DNA of 64,000 nt. Origin: Camelus ferus (taxonomy: Eukaryota). Shown here in pieces: positions 48,101-59,800 of the stretch (position 1 is the stretch's first letter; each line of letters opens with the position of its first letter). The DNA lies in NCBI RefSeq assembly GCF_009834535.1, contig NC_045707.1, positions 45,882,001 to 45,946,000 of the forward strand. Direction: 5' to 3'. The notes below the pieces were generated by a model. That model was given only the letters and a program-made list of their open reading frames with translations. It was not told where the DNA came from and did not search any database. The translations under genes were made by a program, and so were the position numbers.

Positions 48101-51100
48101 TGTGGATAGATTAGCCATTAAGTGCAGTTTTTAGTTTAAAGTAATTTTTGTATAAACATTTTCTAGGAAATGTACCTCATGTTTTTAAACTTGAATTTTC
48201 CTTGAGGTTCTAAAAGCTCAGAGCTCTTTGATTTTACTTTTAAGATTTATCTTAATTAGAGTACTTTTCTTTTGACATTTCATAATCTAGATTTGGTTAT
48301 TTCAAATTTAAAAGTTTACTGATAACCAATTTGCAGAATTTTAATCTTTTTTTTTTTTTTTTTAAGGCTGAATCATGTCAGGGAGATTTAAGCACATTGG
48401 CCAGTGTGGTTACATCATTAGCAAACCTTGGAAAAACTAAAGATCTTTCTCAAAATAGTAATGAAATGTCTATGATTGAAAGCTTAAGCAATGGTGATTC
48501 CTCTTTGTGTGAATTTCATCAAGAAATGCAGACTAATGGTGATGTTTCAAGGTAAGGTCTGACATCATAAGTGTCATTTTGCTCAATTGTCCTTTGGTAT
48601 TTCTTAAAATATTTTTATGTTGACTACTATTTACAGAAGTTTCAGAAAATAAATATTTCTATTACACTTAGAAAATTTAAGGCATAAAAATGTTTTCACT
48701 GAAAAAGTCCATTCAGTATAAAGTGTTGTCCAGCAGATTACATTGTATATAATAAGCAATAAGAGAATATGGTAAGATTAGAAATATAGTTACCAAAATC
48801 AGGAATTTTTTTTTCTGATGAAGATGATAGTTTGGGTCAGACTTTTCAGATATTTTAGTTGCCAGGTTTTATCTTCTGTTATGTTTAGAGTTACACATTT
48901 GTCTTACTAGGCAGTCACTTTCATTTTCCCCACCGATTTCTAATGATGAAAACAGAATTTAAAAACTTAGTTGAGTCAATTGCAATTTTAAGTTTACACA
49001 TCAGGAAATTAATACCAGAATTCTATTTTTCATTCTCTTGATATTAATACTTAAGTTGTAGGAACCAGATTTCTTCATGCTTTTTTTTCACACTGATTAT
49101 CTTCTGAAATATTGAGGAAACTGCATTTAAGAGTCTGAATAAGTACTCTGTTGAACATGAGATTTTAAGGTACTCTAGAAGGCATCTCATTGAAAAATAA
49201 TGAACTATTTTGACTAGTTATTTGTTAATATTAATTATTTACCATCCTAATCTCAGTCTTACAGTTTAGATATAGCTATGTTACTACAAGTTTTAAAATA
49301 TTCTCTGAATTTTGAAATAAAATTAAAACCTAACTTTGTGTTGTGTAGAATACAGTAAAGTCCAACATAAGTTCTTGCCTTTTTTCTTTCTAAATAACTT
49401 GTGTATGTAAAGTAAGTGGGCTCATATCTTGTAATAAGTATATAAGTTGTAAAACCATATTTTCATTCCAAAGTATAAGGATTTTTCTCTCCTTAATTAT
49501 GTAAGTTTTTCTGAAAGACTAATTCTCTGGTAAAATACTTTAACATAATGACACAGTTTTTCATACTATACAAATGAAGTTTAATTTGTTGCTTTTAGGG
49601 AGAGAGACTCATAGACATCACTGAAATAGAGTGCTCAGTGATACACCAAAGTTCTATTTTCTAAACAGTTTTTAAGGCCTAAATCTTAATTTCAGAATTT
49701 CATAAAGAACTTTCATTTTATTTTGGAGATTGGCCGAGCTCACAGCTTCTGATGTTTCCTTATAGGGCATTTGACACTCTTGCAAAAGCATTGAATCCTG
49801 GAGAGAGCACAGCCTGTCAGAGCTCAGTAGAGGGCATGGAAGGAAACGTACACCTAATTGCTGGAGACTCGAGCATAAATTACATCGAAAAAGAGGGGCC
49901 ACTTCTCAGCGATTCACATGTAGCTTTCAGGGTATTTCCATATATATAATTTCATAATTTTTATGTTGTGTTACCATTTTGATTTTAATCTTCCTTTAAA
50001 AAATCAAAGTATATTTGTTGTGCTTTTAAAGTCAGAAATATCCCTGATAGAATTGAAAACGACAGCTAAAACATACATCTAAGCTATATAAAATAATGGC
50101 TCAATAAAACATGCTGTTTATAAATAAATCATAATTATAATAGCAACTAACGTGTTTAAGGCCATAAAACTTAACTTTTAGAACATTTAGACATAATTTT
50201 TTTCATTTAGACTCTATTAGACATAGTTTTGTTGATGGTGGTGTTTTTAAGTGTTGGCATTCATGATGTGTTGAATGCACTTGTTTTGTTTATTGTCTCA
50301 CTACTACTACTTTAGTGTAAACCACTCACTAAAACCCAGGTACTCTTGCTTTTACCAAGTCACTACAAAGAACTCCAGTAATTAGGTTTTGTCCCAGTTA
50401 GCTAGCTCCCAGCATTTTAAGAAAGTAGTAGTTACTTAATAAATTTTAACTTTTGGTGTTTAACTTTTTACCCTAACCATTTGGATAAGGTACATTTGTA
50501 ATTTCTTTTTTGCTCCCCTAAATACATTAATTTATGATGGAAATAATACATGTAGAATACTAGGAACAATACATGTAGAATATTAGAAAATACCTTTCTA
50601 GCATTTGATTGTCATTCAAATAACATTTGGACCAAGCTATATAGATAGGCTGACTGTTGAGGCCCTACATTAAGACTCTGCTATTTTGACCTCTCCATTT
50701 TGACCACTCTGTCTTTGCTCTGTCAGCTCTGAGTACTTAACTGTTAGCAAATCATATACAAGTGATTGAAAGTACTTAGGAGGTTTCAGTTAGCAATATA
50801 ACAGTCCTGGAATTCCTGAGGGTAATTCTCATAACTTTATAGATTATAAGTTTCCATGAAACTTATAAAAACATGCAGTTATCAAATAGATACTTGTGCT
50901 AGGTAGAAATAATGAACAGAAAATAAATGTAACACTGGACAAAACTGCATATGATACAGTTTGTTCTTGTAAAAAAAAATTTTTTAAGTCAAAGGAACTT
51001 TAATTAGAATTTGACAGAAAGTTTGTCAAAAATACCAAAAAGTTTGACACAGTCTGTTATCAGAAGCATTTTAAGTAAACTTGTTCTCTTAACAGAGAGG

Positions 51101-54100
51101 AACCAAATCTAGTACTGTACCAGCCAACTTTTAGTAACAAAATCCATTTACATAATTAAGTTTAATCTAATCTCAGCATGACTATGCACAGAGCTCCGTT
51201 TTTTAGGGCTCCCCTTCTACAAACTTTCTACAACTTTTTGTAGAACTTCTGTTCTTATAAAATTTGACTTGATAGAAGTGGCCCAGAGAAAATTCACAGT
51301 GACTTAATTTAAATAATAATTGCTATAATTTGATACAGACAATAAAACATAGCAGTGAAACCAGTCTTAATGTAAAATTTTACCAAAGATAATTTATATG
51401 GGAAAAAATATAAATATATTATTTGTACTTTACAAAAAGATTGTTATAGGGGCTATAAGAAAAGGCAGTGGGAGTAATCAGTGCGATCCTTTAAAATTAT
51501 GGTAGGAGCTGTGGATAAGGGTGGAGCAAAACAAAACTGATTTTTCCCATTGCTCTTTCTTACTCTAAGAGACATTCTCATGTTTTCTTAGTTTTATTTT
51601 CTGCCTTTGGATTTAAATAGGAAAGAAGGGTAAAAGATGTAGGAAGAGAACTCATTGCTAGGAAAAGTAGAGTACTTCTATAAAAAGTGGAAGTAGTTTA
51701 CCTTTTTTTTTTTTTCTGGAATCAGCTTTTCTCTGTTCCTTAACTTGCCATACTCTGAGTATCCTCAGAATCAGTGCTATGAAGTTGAAAAGGAGACAGC
51801 TCCTTCTTACTCTGATTCTTATTTACAGCCTCTTGAAATTAAGAGTTTTACTTTTCAGTAGCTTCCCAACAGTCATGGTTAGTTCTCCCATTGAGGTTTT
51901 ATGGTCATGCGTTTTAAGACCTGACATCTGTAATAAAAAATTCAGTCCTCTCTTAATGGCTGAACTAACTAGCATTTTGTTCCTCTCTTGCATTTTTTGT
52001 GTACAGTGTATTTGATGTGTTTACATTTAACTTTTTTAAATGATAATTTAGATCTGTCAGACCTAAGATAATTTACCAGTCTCTGTTCACACTAGCTCAC
52101 CATGCCGTCTCCTATGCCTGAGTACCTGAACGTGCACTACATTGGGGAGTCTGCCTCCAGACTACTGTTCTTATCAATGCACTGGGCACTTTCAATTCCT
52201 TCCTTCCAGGCTCTTGGGTAAGTCCTTCAATATAAATGTGATTAAGCAAGAACTTTTATTTTGGGAGGATTTGACTAGAGGGAAAGAGATGGTATAACAT
52301 GATAACTTTAAGTTTTGTCATTTATATGATAAATCACGGCAGCTAGTATTTATTGTATATTATTTTTATGTGGAAGATTATCATATTTCATAATATGACC
52401 AATTTAACGAATTATTCAATTTTATTGAGTGAAATAAATGCAATGGAACTGATAAATCATGGCCAGCATTTGTAATAGGCCAGCTTTGATTGCCTTACAG
52501 TTGGGGAGGCTATAGCGATTTCCCTCTACCACCACTGTTTCAGTGTCGTCTCAGGCTTGTTAATAAGGAGCTAAAACTTGCATACAGTGAATATGTTTGA
52601 AAATTTAAATAATTGTTTTCCAATCGTGTGGTTGCCCTCCCACCCCCAAAAATGTTTACCCCATAGTACCACTGTGAAGTTTAGTCCTGCCACTAAAGAG
52701 CACATCTGTACTGTTTGAAGTAATCAGATGGTCATGGAAAATGATCTACTGTAAGAAACCCAAGATTTATCTAAAATTTGCCAGATTTAATTATATTACT
52801 TTATAGTAACTGATATGAAGAAGCAAAGAGGCCATGGACAAAGGTAAGCCCATAGTTTGAAAAGTATTATTCTAGTTATAGGAACCTACTCAACAATATG
52901 ATCTCATAAACAGCTCACTTCCGTATCCTGTACATCTGTTTTCCCATTCACCAAACTAGGAATAATAGCTGCCCATCCTCTTTTCTTAGAGAATGTTTTA
53001 AATATAAGAAATATAGCTGAATCATGACTTTAAAAGGCATACATAGGACCCCACTATAAATTGGTTTTATTAATCACTGTTGGATATACCACACATTAAA
53101 TCATGTACTTAAATAATACAGTTACCTAGACTAAGAGCCTGATTTTAAAAAACCATTTAATTTAAAAATGATTGTCAGTCCTCTAAATAACATTTAACTT
53201 TCAGGATATCTCCAGTTTGTTTAAGAAAAAATTAAAATACAATATAAATTTACATATTAACAGTTTACGTATTTTAAAGTATTAAGTGTGGTTCCCTAAG
53301 CTTGTAACTGGCATACATATGCCTTGCAAAGTAACCTGATGATATTTTTTATATAGGCTCTCAATTATAATAGCAAAACAAGGAAAGGAAGGATATGGGG
53401 TGAAGTGATTTGAATTAGTTGTAACGTTATTGATCTTAAGTACTTCTATTAATTGAAATGAGATTTTCCTATGGAAATACTGCAAATGTGGAAGAAACCA
53501 GATTCAAACAGCTGAGACCCAGGACTCTTTTATTTGCCTAATTTCAAATGGATAATAACTGGATGATCTTAAAAACCCTGGTGTCTTGACTCCAATTCCA
53601 GTATTCTGTTTTCTCAAGCTGCTGAGATTTCTTACTCAAAAACTCAGGAAAAGACTTCTTGACCTTTCTTACCTTCGTTACTCCTAGCAAAATCCTTGTG
53701 ATCTCATTTATGGGATGTTTATATCGCATCTGAAACATACTTACAGAGTAAACCATTTCTCCCAGAGAAATTGGTTTGTTACCTACTTTTGGATAATTCT
53801 AATTGCCCTTATTAAAAAGATTTTTAAATACATGCTTTTGCTTTTAATTTTTTTAAACAATCTTTATTACATCTGTTTCCATGAAATGTGGGATTAATGC
53901 CCTTAGTTTGAAATATTACTTGGAACTATTCTTATAAACTGCTGATTGATTAATGAGTTAGCTAATATTTAAATTTCTAAACCTTCCTCGTCAACTGCAA
54001 TCAACTATACAAAATATAGGATTGATCAAGTCCATGCCCAGTTGGTCTTTTAGAATAATTTTAGTTCAGTAATATTTTATTTTTAAATATATGAATCACT

Positions 54101-56748
54101 TGTAAAGTTTCATAAAATGTATTTTTATATTTGGTATTTGTTTATTTTGTTTTTATAGGCAAGAAAACAGCATATCATTGGTGAAAGCCTATTGGAATGA
54201 ACTTTTTACTCTTGGTCTTGCCCAGTGCTGGCAAGTGATGAATGTAGCAACTATATTAGCAACATTTGTCAATTGTCTTCACAGTAGCCTTCAACAAGGT
54301 AAAAAACACCTTATTTATTTCCTTTTCCAGGATATGGGGTGGGGGTGTCAGTTTTATAGTATTATGATTAAAGTTAGATATTAAAAGCTGCCAACATCCT
54401 TTTTACTTTAGATAATTTTTACACTTTGATACATTTATTCATTAATCACCCAAAAATATTTTATATAAGAGTACAACAAAACTGAAAGTATATTTAAGTG
54501 CTGTTTCTGATCAGGCATCATGAATTTTTGCACTTCAGTATGCATACCAAAGGATCCAGGGTGAGCTTATATAGAAGTGATCAAACATAAATGTGTACTT
54601 CCCACCAGTTTTGTGGACTTTCTGTTTTGTTTTTTGGTTGGGGGGGGTTAATTAGGTTTACTTACTTATTTTTAGAGGAAGTTCTGGGGATTGAACCCAA
54701 TACTTTATGTATGCTAAGCATGCACACTACCACTTGAGCTATACCCTCCCCCCTTCCCACCAGTTTTTAACTGCCTTTGAATCCCAAGATAAGCTGATTT
54801 TTTAAGTCAGTTTATCAGGGTGTATTACCTCTCTTAAAAGGTACAAAGTAAAGTCACAGAACAATCCTTAGTTTTTTGGGGGTTTTTTTTCCTTTTTTTT
54901 TTTTTTTTTTTTTCTTGATGCTAAGGTGATTATAGCTCTCATTCATTTGAGGAGACAGGCACTAAATTATAAATGTTTAGCTTCAGAATGGCTTGTGACT
55001 AACCAAGAGGATGCCCCATCCATAAATGGGAAAAACTGCTTTTTGAGTTGAGGAATAACTTATAAATTGGGAATCACATTTTATTTCCTTAGTATATTCC
55101 ATTTCCCATTGTTTTACATTATTATGTTTTTAATGGAGGTACTGGGGATTGAATCCAATTCTTTTACATTATTTTTAAGATACCTGCTTCCTCCTCATAT
55201 TTAAGGGCAGAGAATAACCTTAAAATCCCATCAATAGTAGATCTACCAGAAGGCAGTACTACATTCCCATCTTATTTATGGCCTCCTAGTCTTGATTCAT
55301 TTCTCATGAATTTGTAAAGTATTTTATAGCCTACCTTCACTAAGGCTATGATTGACTAAACCAGATGTATTTTAAACATAAACACAATGAATTTTTAAAG
55401 TTACAAAATTTTTTTGACTCACCTTTTCTTTGGTCTTGGCATTGTTTTTAGGCTAAATATTTGTTTTAGTTGTAGTAATGTTGTTAACTTTTAAAAATCT
55501 AGATGATTTTGCTCATTTTTTCCAATCAACAAAACCACAAATAAAATCCTGTTACCAAAATTTGAGTCTTTTGTTCTTTCATTGGTTGACTAATTTTTTA
55601 GATGATTGTCTTTACAACTTATCTTCTCAAAGGTATATTTTGAAAGGAAATACTACATTTAGGGTTTCTTTTTTTTTTTATTAGCAGCTTGTTTTGTTTT
55701 TTTCTTGAATGAACAATGTCTCAAGATCTTTAATTTGTTTCATTTATACTTGCAGATGTATTGAATTTTAAAAGTTTATAGATTGGTTATATTCAAAGCT
55801 GGAAATTAGTGAGGAAATATATTGGATACAAATAGTGATGCATTTTTTGCTGAAAACTAGAAGCTTTTCTTTGCTTGTTTCTTTGTTTTTAATTAAAGAT
55901 AAAATGTCAACAGAAAGAAGAAAATTATTGATGGAACACATCTTCAAACTACAGGAGTTTTGTAACAGCATGGTTAAACTCTGCATTGATGGATATGAAT
56001 ATGCCTACCTGAAGGCAATAGTACTCTTTAGTCCAGGTATATAAACATTTTCTCATTTAAAATACAATGTTTGAGGATGTGGAGAAATTTGAACTCTTAT
56101 ACATTGCCATTGGGATGTACATTGGTGCAAAGTGGAAATAACCCAAGTGTCCAGCAAACAAATGACTGAATAAACAAAATGTAATTTATAGGTACAATGG
56201 GGTACCATTCAGCCATAAAAAGGAATAAAATTCTGATATATGCTTCCATGGATGAACCTTGAAAACAGTATCCAAGTGAAAGAAGCCAGTCACAAAAGAC
56301 CACATATTACATGATTCCATTTATCTGAAATGTCCAGAATAGGCAAATCCGTAGAGACATTAGTGGCTACCAGGGACTAAGGAGAGAGAATAATGGAGAG
56401 TGACTACTATAGTATACAGAGTTTGTTTTGGGGTGAAAAAAATGTTATAAAATTAGATTGTGATAATGGTTACACAACTCTGTGAATATACTGAAAAAAA
56501 ACCCATTGAATTATACACTTTAAATAGGTGGAATTTATACATGTTAGACATTTATCTGGGTATGAAAAGGGAAGTTGAAGAAATCAGTGCAGTGATGTCA
56601 TAGACCTTAAGTTCTTTTGTGCATTAACAGTTGGATGTTTTGGGGGAGGTAGAGTGCTTTCTTAGCATCCACAAGGTCCTGGATTCAATCCCCAGTACCT
56701 CCTCTAAAAAAATAAATAAGTAAACCTAATTTCCTTCCCACATACACA

Positions 56749-56827
<79 letters not shown>

Positions 56828-59800
56828 AAAACCACTTGGATGCTTTGGTATATTTTGCTAGGCATCATTTAAAGGCCAAATGAGAGATGAGGATTGTTAA
56901 TGGGTCAGATTTCTAAACATCTTTATTAAAGTTTCCAACAAACACAAAAATGGGGCTCTTATTTCCCTGCCAGTTTCTATTTTTCATGTAGTAAAATGAC
57001 ACTAAAGCTCAACAATCAATTTTTGAGTAAGAAAAATTGTTCTCTTAGGCTCTGTATTTTTCATGTTGGTATGTATTTTTATTATGTGCATCATCATAAA
57101 ATTGAGGAAACTTGCTTCTTACCCTCAGTGATACCAATAAGATAAAGCTTTTTGTCCTATTTCTAATAATGTTTCAGATAAGTTAATAACATGTATTGCC
57201 ATTTTTATCACAAGCAATTTACCACCTTCATTTTCTGTAAAATTAAAGGAACATAGATTTGACAGTAGAATTATAATGTAATTCTGTTTTGTTAAGTATT
57301 CCATCTATTCCCTATTTACTACCTTTTTAATTCTCTTTAATCAGGACAGCACTGTCCATATTTTTAAGTATTTCTTAAGTTAGGCATAATTTTTATGACA
57401 TTCTTCTAATAACTCCATTTTGTGGAATTTTATGGTGACCATGGAAATGCTTACATAGGTTATTTCATGTTTCTATATGATCATAAGTTTTCTGATAGAG
57501 CTGATATACATAGTTCTATAATTTCATAAGTATCTTTTTAACCTAGCAGTTGTAAAAAGGGTTTTCTTATGAAGCAAATACAGAATATAATCTGCATGAG
57601 GAGTAGGTGAAATGGGTAAAGGGAATCAAGAGGTACAAACTTCCAGTTATAAAATAAATGAGTCATGGGTGTGTAATACAGCATGGTCACAATAGTTACT
57701 ATATTGTGTTGTAAATGTGAAAGTTGCTAGAAGATGAATCTTAAAAGTTCTCATCACAAGAAAACGATTTTTGTAACTTTGGTGACAGATGGTAGCTAAA
57801 CTTACTGTGGTGATCATTTTGCAATTTATACAAATGTCTAAATACAACTCATTGTGTTATATTCCTGAAACAAATATAATGTGTCAATTATATTTCAGTT
57901 TAAAAATATATTATTATTTTCATGAAAAAAATTTTACAAGAATATAATCTGAAAGTATTTCATTGGTTAAAAATGCTTTTAACTAAGCTGAGTCATTTCT
58001 TTCTTTCTTTTTTTTTTTTTTCTGTTAAAAGCAAAATGATCAAAATCCCTTCTATCACTTTTGGAATAGAGAAATTTATTTATTTTATTAGAACCCAGTG
58101 GTCTCATTTTTTATTAGATGTTAGCATATATATATGAGATAAAATAGTTTTAAGGGTTTAAAGTAGAGTGCCTGGTGTTTAGTAGATGGGCCATTAAATA
58201 TAATATTTATGGAATTGCACCCCCTTCCATCTCCAGTCTTGGTGCATTAGGAGAGGAGTATTCAGAACTAAAAGTAACAGTATATTCTTTAATGTTTCAG
58301 ATCATCCAGGTTTAGAAAACATGGAACAGATTGAGAAATTTCAGGAAAAGGCTTATGTGGAATTCCAAGATTATATAACCAAAACCTATCCAGATGACAC
58401 CTACAGGTATCTAGAAGTTAAATACTATCTAATTAAATTCATTTTAAAACCTTTTTGTGAATCTGTTTCATTATTTTCCATTCCAAGGGTAATTAAATTT
58501 AGTCAGCTTTGACCTTTGAAATAGTTCATACTATTAAAAGTGGCAGTGCATCGTTGCAGGTGCTTTACATGTAATATTTTATACAAGGAGACTTCAGCAC
58601 AGACACATTAAGTAACTTGCTCAAGTCACACAAAAACAGCAGAGCCTGTGAACCTAGGTAGTCTGACTCTTACAAACTCTTACTTTCTTCAGATGAAATA
58701 ATGAATTTTTTTGGTAAAGGGGATGAAAATGAATGAATAAAAAACACCATTAGACTATTTCATAATTAATTTTGAAATTTGGCTTATGACATCTCTAACA
58801 AGGTATTTCTAACCAATGTCCCTTCAGAAAAAAAATCTTTTTTTAATAAGATAAACTCAATTTTTGAGTAAACATTTGGCTGTCAAAGCCAGAATACCTA
58901 GGTTTGACTTCTGAACCTACTGCTTACTAGCTGTATGACCTTGGGCAAGTTATTTAAATTCAGTTTCAGTTTCTTTACCCATAAAATGGAGATAATAATA
59001 GTACCCACATTTTACAATTAGTATAAGGATTAAATCAATTAATATATTCAAAGAGCTTAGACACTGCCTGTTACATAGTAAGGGCTATATGAATGTGTTT
59101 ACTAATATTATTAATTTAACATACTTCAAACTAGTAAAAACACTTTACATATAATAACCTTTCACATACACTGAATACTAGATTTATATGCCATTTCTAT
59201 CATGAAAATCAGCCTTATTTTATCTAACCAGCTTTCCTATCCTGCTTCCTAACAAGTCTGGATACAGCTCAGCTGGTGGGAACAAAAAGGAAATGAGTAA
59301 TTTGAGCAGTAGAGTACATGTACAGAAAGTTTACCTAATCCTGGGGCTGCTAGTTTCATTTATTCTCAAGTGTAAGGCCTTAGAATAGAGGAAGATAAGT
59401 GAGCCACAAACTTTTTGGAAAGGTGGCTCTATTGGTGTTGGTTTTGTTACTTTTTTTTAAAGTTTCAGAAGTTGTTTTACACCTCATTATACAAATAAAT
59501 ACAGTATTTAAATTTTTCTTTTTGACAAACAGCTGTTTGCATACTTCTTTTCCATTAGGTTCCAGGTGTTCTGACTGACCTCTGGAACTCTATCAGTTTC
59601 TTACGTTCCTGGCTATTTTAAAATAATAAATTATATTTGATAGCAGTTTTTAACTTACAGCGTACTTTTATACAAGATATTGTCCTGCCTTTGAGAACCT
59701 GACTAGCGCAGAAACTGGCAGGGAACATTTTGTTGATTGTCACAACACTGTGGAAGAGACAGGGAGTAGTGGCTTAACACACATTCACAGAGCTGGGGAG

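Noticed and set aside
50543..50592. ~22-bp tandem duplication (aatacatgtagaata...); similar micro-duplications at 14964-14984 and 33818-33876
   Set aside because: Ordinary slippage events with two units only; not CRISPR-like and no sign of function.
58407..58414. GTATCT donor as a possible U12-type intron
   Set aside because: Does not match GTATCCTT, and the acceptor has a normal U2-type pyrimidine tract.
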